DNA of 64,000 nucleotides from Lepidodermella squamata (Eukaryota; Animalia; Gastrotricha), in contig JBLDXI010000001.1 in NCBI GenBank assembly GCA_047495785.1, positions 3,596,001 through 3,660,000 of the forward strand, given 5' to 3'. The notes beneath the pieces are model-generated. The model was not told the DNA's origin, did not search any database, and worked only from the letters and a program-made list of their open reading frames with translations. Numbering within the stretch: position 1 is the first letter of the stretch; every line of letters begins with the position of its first letter. Positions 11,628-22,955 of the stretch are shown here, in pieces. The position numbers and the translations under genes are program-made.

Positions 11628-14600
11628 TTGAGAAAGAACTTGGGAATCGGTTCTGCTGGTTCAATGGCCAACGCGTTGAAAATGATTGGTGCTGCTAACA
11701 AATCTTTCCAGCAATCTCGGTTACAAACTGTCTCGGCATCTGCAACAAATATTGGCTCCTCTTCAAACAATGCGTGTCGCGGCATCCTGAAATCGGCACA
11801 AGCATTGCGGGAAACAGGTCAAATAGTAACAATGTTTGGCCAAGTCGGCTTGCTTCAGTGTTTGAGTAGAGGCAATTTGATGCTCCATTTCAACGCTAGG
11901 GATGTTTCTGGAACTGGCTGCTCAAACCTTAACGCTGGTGATATTCTTGAAATGTCGATTACGTATGATCCAATGACTGGCAATCCGTCACCTCGAGACT
12001 TGATCAAAATATCATCGAATTCCGAAGAACGCGACATAGTGTCCGAATCCCGTTTGCACGGTGTCGTCTTAAGCGTTCCAAAGCCTGGTAGGGCGGGATC
12101 TGGAGATTGCAGCAATTGCGGTCTCATATGGTTTCAATTCAACGGCGTTAGTTACGAGCTGCCGTTCTTTTACGAAGATTGCGAGCACCCAGGTTTCGTT
12201 AGAATTCAAGACTACGTCTCGTTTCACATCAAGCGTCTCTCCGATGGTTCAGTTCGAGCGGTCAAAGTGGCCATGGGTGTTCATCACCGAGCAGCACCGA
12301 TTTCTGCGTCTAACCATAGCGCAACAGGCTATGTGTACGGTAGAAACATGGCTTGTCCGGGGCAAGCAGCTATTCGTGGGACTGTTCTTCGCACGTACAA
12401 AGGTGACCACATGCGCATCGATGAGGATGCATTTCAATCGTCTGGGTGTATCATTTGCGAGCCGATGCCTGGGGTAAATTGTTTCTTTCTGTACATCTTG
12501 TTGACTAATAATACTTTTGTCCAGGTGGCTTTCCACTATCAATTCTTTCAATGCGACGTTGGAGGCGCTTCTTTGATGCCGGGCGATGTGGTAATCTTCA
12601 ACGAATTGCCAGTGTGTCCCGGGAACCTGAAACGCGCCGCTAACATCCAGCTGTTATGTGAATCTTTCACGAAGAACACTGAACAACGAATCGCTGGGCG
12701 AGTCGTCAGCTATTCCAGTTCTACTGGCTGCGGTTTCATTCGCTCTGAAAAATTTGAAAAAGTTGAATTTTGTATTACGGAAAGCATTGATCCAGCCTGG
12801 CAACCAGTTATTGGCAATGAAGTTGAATTTACCATGTCAAGCAACGGCCAAGCTATGCGAATTCTAGTTCTACCGCCTGGATCTGTTGATTTATCAACCA
12901 CCGCTGCTTCAGAATTGTCATCTGGCGTGGTTATTCGAGTTCCGTCAAGGCTCGGCACTCGAACCAAACCAACGTATGGATCAATTTCGGTTCTAAATAA
13001 AACAGCTCGTGGAAGCCTTTCCGTTGAATATGAAGCTGATGCAATTATTGGATCGACGATTCCGAAAGTTGGCGATTCTGTTGAATTCCAACTGATTTTT
13101 CAAAACGGTCGTGAATTGGCCTATGAGGTTTGCGTCACGATCTCAGCTTCGGAATCGAAGCCGAGCGAAGGTTTTATAGCCACCTTGAAGGATTCTTACG
13201 GCTTCATTGAGAACTCTGAACACACCCAGGAGGTATTTAATTAGCTGATTGCTGATTTCATAGGATAAATCATCATTTTCTGACAGATTTTCTTTCATTG
13301 CACGTCGTTTTTCGGCGATTTTTCGACCTTGACCGTTGGCGAAGAGGTCAAATATACCGCAGTTTTGAAGGAAAAACGTCTTGCCGCTTACGGTATTTCT
13401 CGAGTCGAACGCGGTACAGTAAATCCAGAGGTTTTGGTCAACGAAACCGTCTACGAAGGTGTTATTGAACGGCCGTTACGCCTCGTCGACCCAGCTCAGC
13501 ACGAATATTCCGGAATCGTTCGTCTCTACCGAGATGGCGTCGAGTCTGACGAATGGTATGAATACGGCGTGACTGGTCTAGCTGATCCGTGTGATTTTTT
13601 GCAATGCGGAGACGAAATCACCTTCAAATTGGCTCGGGTCGTCAAAAACGGCCAGTTGCGTGCTACTTGCGTTGCTGGGAAGCGCAAGTTTGAACAATCC
13701 ACAGTGATCGTTGTCAAGGTAAACATACTATCAATTTTCTAATTTTTCGATTGAAATTTGACCTTGATTTCAGGACAAATATGGATTTTTGGATGTTGAT
13801 GTTCCGTCGATGAACAGCTGTTTTAACTCGCCCGCAAGTCCGAACACCAGTGGCGGCAGTATGTCGGGTCGAAAGGTTCCAAAATTGATTGAAATTTGCG
13901 TATAAAGTCTCAATTTGTTTCCTCATTTATAGCTTTTCTTCCACATGACCGAAGTTCATAAAGTGGACGGCAGTTCTTCTTTGAAAGTTGGAGATCACGT
14001 CGAGTAAGTTTCTAAAATTCTTTGAATCCTTTTACGATTTTTCAAGTTTTTACCATTTAACCCATTAAAGCCCAGAATGTTTTCGGAAAATATTTATATT
14101 TTTCTTTCCCTATTGACACGTGCTTTTGCGATAGAGAAAAATTCGGGGATTAAGAATATGAAAACCGCATATTTTTATCATCTACCGTTATTGAGATGTT
14201 CCAGTGTCAAGTTGTCACGTGACCTTACCTTTTGTCACACCTTGACGATTATCTCAAGAACGGTGATAGCTAGGAGAAGAGAGCTAGGAAGCCGCTCTCA
14301 AAGAAAAAGTTCATCAGCGCGATGAGATCTATCTAGAAATGCATTCAGTTGGGTCATATGTGATACTTCGTGCAAAGTCGATTTTGAGGACACTTTAGTG
14401 CAGTTTGGTGACAGTCCCAAAAAACGGCTCCTAGCTCATCACCAAGCCTACGAGACACTGGTCATTTATCCGTTTTTCCCGAATTTATACGATTTCCCAG
14501 CACGGAGATATGCCTTTTAGACATCCTGGGGTTGTAGTCACCCTACAGGATTTTTTAAATATAGGGTGGCAGGAAAAGATGCCGTTGGGCTTTAATGGGT

Positions 14601-14783
14601 TAACTTTCGAATTTCAATAAATGGTTTGTTTTCAATTTTTTCAGGTACGTGATGATTAGAAATCAGAAAAACGGCCGCTACTCTGCTGTTTCTATTCGTA
14701 AGATTCCGAAACCTGAGCCTGAACAATCGAGCCCGGTTGGATTCTCAACGCCCCGCCGTGTTCAAACCTCTCGAAGCAAATGA
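11628..14783 (+). CDS. CSDE1: Cold shock domain-containing protein E1 (Unr) homologue
   Basis: Tandem CSDs: RETG.I...G.LQC..R, GFIATLKDSYGFIENSEHTQE|IFFH, YEGVIERPLRLVDPAQHEYSGIV, LFFHMTEV...LKVGDHVEY...N.KNGRYSA. In-frame intron 12474-12524; last intron 14004-14644. True start uncertain. Confidence 0.9.
14061..14599. mobile_element. Non-autonomous piggyBac-type element in the last CSDE1 intron
   Basis: TTAA|CCCATTAAAGCCCA...TGGGCTTTAATGGG|TTAA: perfect 14-bp TIRs with CCC/GGG ends and TTAA duplication. Confidence 0.88.
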
Positions 14784-16812
14784 ACAGAAAAACGGCGTGA
14801 TGAACAATGATTGTCAGAAAAACTTATTGCTCATATTTGCTCATTCTTGCTTAAAAGTGATGATATTTATTGAATTTATTTGCCTCCAAACCGAGTGATT
14901 TCAAGAGCTGGAAAAACGTGATTAATTTCAAAGCAAAAGGCGAGATCTAAACTTATTGTTAACTCATGACTGACTATCTGCCGTTATTGAAAACAGAAAA
15001 AAACGAGTCAAATCTTTTATTTCCGCTGGATGATTTCAAAATGGCGCGAACTTTTGCCGATCTCCGTTCGCAGCCTAGCGTTTATTCTCGTTGCGATTAA
15101 TAAAAACATGACAGAAAAACACAAACGAGGGCGAGTTTTTAATGAGTAATAATTGAGCAAATATTCAGCTGTAGCATTGTCCCATTTATCTTATTCGAAT
15201 CGGAATTAGCGTGGATATACGGCCAAATCGTTGAGAAATGGTAGATAGCCGGCGAGTAGGAGAAGTGTGAACAGCATAACGAAGCCGACGATGCAAAATG
15301 TGAAAAAACAGCAGAGCGCGTTCGGATTTTCGTTGACACCCATTTTCAGCGCGTTATTGTAGCTATAGGTTAAATTTCACCACTGTAAAAACTTGCTTGT
15401 GAGCGCGTTACCCAGCTATATCAAGGTAGAAAGCGGTTTTAACGGCGTCTGTTACGCGCTGCTGCTTTCAAGTATAGACATTGTTTTGCGTGTTCGCGGA
15501 GAGAGCTTCACAGCGCCTTTTACACCTTTTGTGCGGCTCTTTGCGAGCCTTTATTTCGAAAAAAATTGCCTGTTTCGCGAGACAAAACGTGCGAAACAGT
15601 GATGCGCAAAATGGCAACACAACAAAACGCAATTCGTGGCCTCGGGTTATGAACTCAATTAAAACCTCAAAATTTTAACATAATTAAAAAATAATAATAG
15701 AATAAAAATAGAATGTTATGCGGTAACCAGAAGGTAACAAGGGATGAAAATGAAAAAATAAATCGCGCAAAACAGGTTTGTACTAATTTATATATATTTT
15801 TTGGCGGAATTGGAAACCTTGGCAAACCTAGAAAATTGTACATGAAAATGGTTTAGTTCGATGGGTTGTTGTGGAGTTTCAATATCACTCTGCCAACTAC
15901 CTATTTTCGAATTTTGATTTTCTCAGCAATATCGTCTCATGTTGAGTTTTCACTGAAAACTTGAAAAAGCCCTGTCAGTGAAGTGATTCCGAGAGGTTTA
16001 ACTTCAGAAAATTGCGCTGAATTTTATCGAATTTCGTAGACATTATGATGCTTTCTTCGGAACTTGAAGAAGCCATTGGCAGCGCAGTTTTCAGCAGTCG
16101 GAGTCATCTGCATGACCTAAAACGAGTAAATCTTTCCATAAATCTGGTCAGGGGGCGATTCAACTCCGTTCAGGAATAATAATAATACAATGGTGTAAGA
16201 GTTTTACGTTTTATTAACAAATAAGTTGAAGTCAGCTTTCAGCCATTAGTTAGAGGTAAATCGTGGTTAAATAATTTGAGCAATTTTTTCGAAGGCCAGC
16301 TCCTGATAAAATTTCAGCTTTTTCATGAAATCATGGTATGCCGAGATAGCCGGATAGCCCAAGCAACAGCCCCATTAAAGTTGTGACTCCAACAAGAAAC
16401 GCCACCATATACCTGCAAAGAAACAGATCTAAAATCTTGGAAATGATAAGACTAGGGATACCAAATTACCAAACAGCGTTCATGTTCTCGTTCGACATTG
16501 TTCTGCGTTTCGCGAGAAAAAGCAGCGATTTATCAGCTTTTTTCGTGGCTCAAAAATGCTTAAAATGCGCAAAATTTCTTGTGTTGAAACATGCGATGCG
16601 CAAGCGACGCCTGCCGCTGCAACAACGCGCGTTTCATTGTCTTGAGCGGGCCATTGTTGTACCGAAAAAATATACCTATCCACTCGTGCGAGTTTACTCA
16701 ACCCGAATGATGCGAAAACTCATGACAACAATTGCACCTTTTAATTAAACTGTAAACAAATACTTGAATAACAAAAAGATTTATTTTTCAAGGCAGTAAC
16801 AAAACGCATGTT

Positions 16813-17262
16813 TCATGTTGGCCTTCGGTCAGATGCGGACTTTTTCCTTGATCTAAAATAGGCCCAGGGCGGTAATTGCCGCGGTGATGGGGTTGTTCGC
16901 CGAGTTGTTAACAGCCTCAACTTCTCGACCTTTTTCAATCTTAGCCCGAAAAGTCGTGATAATTGATTTTGGTCAGGCGGCCAGGGTTGGTCTCGAGGCG
17001 GGGTTCTACTCGACAGCCAGCTAGGTTCCCACGAACTGATTTCTGGGTACATTGCTGTGACGTAGGAATTAATGACGGTGACTCCAGGGCTAGATTGAGT
17101 TGTTGGCGGGTATGTTTGTCCGTAACCGGGGCCGATGCTGTCTAGCGAGGAAAGAAGGACGTTGGCTGAGGCTGAGCCGACTACAACGTATTGAACGATT
17201 GATACTATGCCGTAGACTATGATTGCGACGCCAATAGCTGCGAACACGCTGACCCAGACTCG
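16813..17262 (-). CDS. Exon of a small membrane protein with an N-terminal TM helix and S/T/P-rich region
   Basis: Acceptor TTTTTCTAG, then VWVSVFAAIGVAIIVYGIVSIVQYVVV and a P/S/T-rich tail; upstream exon not resolved. Confidence 0.5.
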   Translation of the reverse strand, partial: RVWVSVFAAIGVAIIVYGIVSIVQYVVVGSASANVLLSSLDSIGPGYGQTYPPTTQSSPGVTVINSYVTAMYPEISSWEPSWLSSRTPPRDQPWPPDQNQLSRLFGLRLKKVEKLRLLTTRRTTPSPRQLPPWAYFRSRKKSASDRRPT

Positions 17263-17486
17263 CTAGAAAAATTATAAAGACCAATTGAAATCTTAAACCG
17301 AATGGGAATAATATTATCCTTTTACAAGTCATAATTGTTGGTGGTTTGCTAAAATTTATCAATATCGCAAAAAAGATGGAAGAAATTTTCAGAAGAAATT
17401 TCTGGAAATGCCTGAAAATTCGGAATTTTTTTCCAATTTTTGAATAAACATGAAATTTCAGGCTCAATCTTAACAATGTTTTATTA

Positions 17487-17533
17487 CGCTTCTCAACTTG
17501 GAAAAAACCTCAATGAATCGCCAGAAACGTCAA
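17487..17533. repeat. 47-bp inverted copy of 18484-18530, flanked by an 11-bp direct repeat
   Basis: One mismatch to the reverse complement of 18484-18530; GTTTTATTACG at 17478-17488 and 17535-17545. Confidence 0.85.
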
Positions 17534-18343
17534 GGTTTTATTACGTAGCTCAGAGTCCAATTTTACTTCCTCCATGAAAATTTCATATTTGAGCGGAATA
17601 TAGAGATACGTATTTTGATTTGAATTTTAACGCCGATTTAAAACATCCCCGAAAAGTTAAAAATTGATGGTCGATATTTTAGACATTTTTTCCCGCTTGT
17701 GGTCAACGTCGGAAAATATTCAAGTTAATACCCTTCATTTTCGTATATTTTTGCTTGGGCGCCACAATTTAAATCCGAATTTTAAAGCAAATGCAGATTT
17801 TTCAAATTTTCAATATAATTTTAATAATATTTTTTATTTGATGTCTTAAATTGTCGTTAAATCAATTAGAAAGTCGCTATGCATTGTTTTCAACGTTAAG
17901 AAATAAAAAATCATAGGTAATGTAAAGATGTAAAGGTCAAGTTGGAGGAAGATCGATAATGATGGCATTCAATAATTCCAAGACCTTACCTGGATGTCGC
18001 TGAGGGTGGCCATTGACTCGAGAATTAACTCAGCAGAGCGCGCGAGCTAAACATACTGCATGCGCGGCGCTTTTTCTACAGCGCGCGTGTTTTTTGTACC
18101 CGTACGAGCCGCCGCTGAGTTAACTACTACGAATGCTGCTGTTGCGAGACAGAGAAAGCGAGCGTGAAATTCTCATTTCGGCGGCGCCACCGGCGTCAAA
18201 AGAAATTCGCCATACAGTCACATTAACTCACGTCGCCGGTCAAGAATCTGAAAACCCGACAAAAATACTGTTCTACGTCTTTTCACCCTCGTTTTTTTAT
18301 TCTGTAAATTGCAAAGTGGAATGCGCCAAATGGCCCAGTTAAG

Positions 18344-18540
18344 TTATATAAGCGTGCTATTCAGTGTCAATAAGGTAGCTATTTCAGTCAAGTTTGAGTC
18401 AACTACAGTCTTGGGGATTGTTGTGGTCAGAAGAGGCGCAGCTTGTGCCTCTTTAGGCAAAATGGTTGTTGTTGCTCCTTGGGTTGACGTTTCTGGCGAT
18501 TCATTGAGATTTTTTCCAAGTTGAGAAGCGACAATTGAAT
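18344..18540 (-). CDS. Possible Thr-rich terminal exon of an unknown protein
   Basis: Strong acceptor TTTTCTTTTCAG, then SIVASQLGKNLNESPETSTQGATTTILPK...LI*. Confidence 0.35.
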
Positions 18541-19239
18541 CTGAAAAGAAAAATCCGCCCCATAAACACGCAATATTATTATTACGCTGATTATAAAAAA
18601 ATTCATGAGGAACTGGGAAGGTGGAGATGCTAAGCAATGCCACCTAAATGGAATGCTGATTTGAGCAAAAAATTAAAAAACTAAAACAAATCGTTGAAAT
18701 CTATTTGCTAAAATTCCAGATGATAGCTGATAGCTGATTTTTTTAAATCAAAATCAATCTGATCAAATCAATTTTTAAATTTTTAAATCAATGGGTGTAT
18801 TTAATAAAGTTACATTGAACTATGGTCACAATGCCGTAAATGAGCGTAGCGCCGCCAAGCACGCCAAAAATTGTTACCCAGACGGCTTGAACCTCGTTAA
18901 GCTTCGCCATACATAAGCAAACTGCATGCTAAAACTTGCGAGTAAAAAAGCACCTTTGCCGCAAAAAATTCGAAGCGCGTGTTTGTCGTACAGCGCAGCC
19001 GGGTATGTAGAAAAAGAGCGCTAACTAACTACGGCTGGTTTGGCACGGGTAAATAGCCTCGCGCGCGCATGATAATAGAAGATAAAGGTCGCGTCTTGCA
19101 ACTTTTAAAACAATTAGCGGCATGGAAAGAGCAACAACAAGTTCCTCAACACACTAATCAAAAACTGCATCACGACAAGCCGAGAAAAAGCTGAGAGAGA
19201 TTCACTTCTTTGCAGGCTCTCGACTTAATCTTCGAACTC

Positions 19240-21081
19240 ATGCGGCCCTTATCTCCAGCCGATTTTGCAGTTTTATTGCTTGTGAATGTTCTTTTTGCCT
19301 CAGCGAATAGCTCTCTCCCATCCTCTGGTAACTGACATCTTTTTTCTTACCTTTTCAAATGGCCTAATTGTTTTGGACAGCTTGCGAGGCTGGAACTCGG
19401 CAACCAGTGGTGCGTGACGGTGGCAAATTGCGCTTCTATTCTCGCATCGGACCTATCGATAAAGCTCTGAGCAACGGGTTCCTTCAAATTTTCACCGATA
19501 AAGTCGTACCTTGTTCGGGAAACCTCGCAACTTGGCGTTAGTCCCCGCAAAAATCTGCCTCTTGATATTTAATATTTTGTTGAATAGACTTCCGGTTGAC
19601 GGCTCCGCATGTTGATGGTCTCCATTTGTTGGTTCTTCGTAGTTTCGGTCCTGAGCCTGGCAACTATCGAGTTGTGTTGGATACGCGAGTCAATGGCCTG
19701 CAATTAGATAAGGCTGACGCTTGGACTTCACTGAATGTCTCCGATGAAGATTCGAGCGTGGAGGCTGGGGATGTTCTGGCCATAGCTTACGATGCTGCAA
19801 CTGCCTCTTCAACTGGTCACGTTTTGGTCAGATCCCTTATCGACTCATCAGATGGGGATGGGTCCAATTTTGCTCCTAACACTTATGTCGTGAGAGTTGG
19901 GGGAGCCCGAGACTTTGCCGATCTACATGGTAAGATTCTTTAACTAAGCCCCTGAGATCAAAGAAAGTTCAGAAATGATCCTAGTTTTGAAACCAACATA
20001 AGATAAAAACCTGATCAAATATGGATCTAACCTATACGATCAGGCCGCAGCTCACATATATTGATCTCTTTTAAGCGAAAGGTTCTTAACTGTTGAATTT
20101 AGGACGAATTTCTGTGGCCGATATGCAATCGCACTTTGAGTGGCGCCAAGCGTTCCTCGATGCCGAGATAGAAGCTCCAACGATAAGCATGGCTACGACT
20201 GAAGTTACGCCTCCCGCTATAGAAATAACCACGACAACTACGACAACTTCAACTACGACAACGGTTGCCCCTACTACGCCTCCGCTAACTCGAGCTAAAT
20301 CATCGTCAACGCGTAGGACATCTCGATTTTACGGGACAAGCACGGAAATGTCTGTGCAAGCTCAGTCCGAACTCTTGGCTCAGCGTAAGAAATAGATAGC
20401 CTGAACTTAAAATCTGTATTTTCTCGTAAAAGGTTGCAGCTCTACGACAACTTCTGCTGACCTTCAGTGCTCACAGCAGCAGCGTCGCTATCGTTACGAC
20501 TTTGACACTGGCTCATGCCAAACGTTTGATGTAAGCTAATCTTGTCACTCCAGAATTCCCTAAAAACCTTCCTGTTTAGGGATGTGCTCCGACAGATTCG
20601 TCAGTTGGCGTAAGTTCTCCTCTAACAGAAGCTGATCGGTCGAAAGAGGGTAACAACTTTGGATCTTGGGTCGACTGTGTCCGAGCGTGTTCAATTTTCC
20701 GATGTGGCCAATATCCAATCTCTGCTACTAACGTTTATCCGTGCCGTGAGAGGCGCTGGTACTACAACGTTCAAATTGGTTCGGTTTTGTTATCTTATGA
20801 AGTCATGCCATTAAATTCATATGTAACTCAGGACGCTGTCAAGAATTCAGCGGTTGTGATGCCGGGCCGGAGCGAAATAACTTCGCAACCGAAAAAGACT
20901 GCTTGCAGTTCTGCACCGGTACAGACGATTTTTTTTTGTTTATTTGAGCACTCTTTTTGTTTAATTTTTTATTCACTTATCAGCATATCCGTTCGTGTCC
21001 AACTATCGTTCAATAATCGAAGCGAAATCGGCATCCGCGCGAAATGCTAGGCGAGGCACTAATCGCGTTCGGCATCAGTAG
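19240..21081 (+). CDS. Secreted protein: uncharacterised N-terminal domain, Thr-rich mucin stalk, two Kunitz/BPTI-like domains
   Basis: Signal peptide (FAVLLLVNVLFASA); poly-Thr; spliced C..C...RYRYDFDTGSCQTFD|GC...GNNFGSWVDCVRAC and C...C.ERRWYYNVQIG|RCQEFSGCD...NNFATEKDCLQFC. Confidence 0.8.
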
Positions 21082-22467
21082 ACATGCACATACTGCAATG
21101 TAAACCAAAAAAATTGCTCAAACTTGTTTATTCAGCTGATTTGATATCAGGACTATTCATTTATGATAGTGTGGAGAATAGAAGATAAATACGATTACGA
21201 AAGCTGAGGCTATATCTCCTAATGTTTACCCGATGCTAACTTACTAATAAAATTTGATTTCCTCAGCTACATACTTAATGGACCACCATTTATATCTAAG
21301 ACTAATTGCTAACTACTTTTGGTGTTTTATGCTTACAAACTTTGGTATCATTTATAATAGATGGCTGCAGTACAGCTGATTGTATGCATTACATAACTGC
21401 CGACTTCATTGTGACTTGATGTACATATCAAATTGTAATATGAATCTGCCTGTTTACAAGAGACTAGCGCCGCAAGATCAGTTTGTTCGAAAACTGAAAA
21501 AGCCCTGGTCGTGTTAGCTCAATTTATCAAACAGCCTCGAAATACCAGACTTCTGAATAGCATGTCTTAGAGGAAAGTTCTCTCCAATGGGCCTTACACT
21601 GCTTCTATATTGAGCTTTTTGGGCTAATGCAACTAGCTGTATCATTCAAGATCAAGCTCTGCCTGAAGAAATTAAGCTTCAGGTTAAAAAAACTTCTTAA
21701 CAATTGTCTGAACAATTGACGATTTCAATCCATCAGGCGAATAAGCGCAAACCAGCCGATCACAGCCTTATAATCAGGAAAAGCTTTAAACCTTTAAACA
21801 TGACGGGAGACAAGCCATCAAAAAGCTAAAACTTTCGAGCAAAAACATTATGCGCGTAGAACTAAGAGCTGACAAAGAAAGCCAACTCAAAAACTTTCCG
21901 CGGCAAATATTCCTTTTTCCGAGACAAACAAATTGTTTTTTGATATTAAGCAATTTATTTTGTTATCAAAAATAGTTATTTTCAAAAATTCACATTATTT
22001 TTTGTTTTCGCGCTCCATAAATCCCGTGACCGGCCCGTGATCCGTGATCGTGAAGACTTGCTGCTGGCCCGACGGGGACTCATCATTCATCAACTTGTCA
22101 ATGAGCCTTGAGCCTTGGATCGATTGCCATTGCCTGAACTCCTAGGTTGTTGTTGTTTGCTATACTTATTTCAATAGCGACCAGTGACCAGGGAAGGTTG
22201 ACGTCAAAACCTCAACGCGAGCAATTCCATGAGGAAGTCAAGATTCAACAGACACAAACATCAACTACTTATTGAGCATAATATGAGCGGCGCAAGCTGT
22301 AGCTGATGTCAGATTTTTATGAATCTAACAAGAGTAGTCTGAAAAACTCTTTTCTTTCTCCTTTCCCTTGCTCCAATACTCAATACTCTCGGGGATCAAT
22401 TATAGTTTACACATCTTTCTTGAAAGGTTAGTAGCATAAATATCGAGGTTATTGCGCAATAGTGGAT

Positions 22468-22772
22468 ACCCCCTTTCTTCAGAAGTGGTTGTTTCTTGTT
22501 CGGTTCTTTTTTCTTGCCATTATTGATTTCATGATCTGGATACTTGCATGTTACTTATACATTCTTGAGATATCAGGTAATAAGGTATTTTGCGACTTGC
22601 GACCTTATGCTAACTAGTTATTCCTGACTTCTGAATTTAATTCTCTCTGATTTATCCCCACTTCGTACCGCACTTCCTGCGGTAACTTGAAATTATCTTT
22701 TCACTGCTGGAGGACATTAAATGTTTCCTAAAAATGTTGCGCCGCATAAGCCAAATAAGGCTGGAGTCTTAA

Positions 22773-22777
<5 letters not shown>
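22468..22777 (+). repeat. 310-bp direct repeat, copy 1 (target-site duplication of the LINE)
   Basis: Identical by line-by-line reading to 26587-26896; abuts the LINE tail. Confidence 0.93.
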
Positions 22778-22807
<30 letters not shown>

Positions 22808-22955
22808 CGATTTATTGATTGGTCAATCAATTTTTAAAAACATAGAGGGAAACAAAGAAAACAGCAAAAAATTAATATCTTCAATAAATCGCCTTGGAAA
22901 CATTTCTTTTGAAGCAAACGTTATATCACTAAACTTTATAAAAACATATGGTAGA

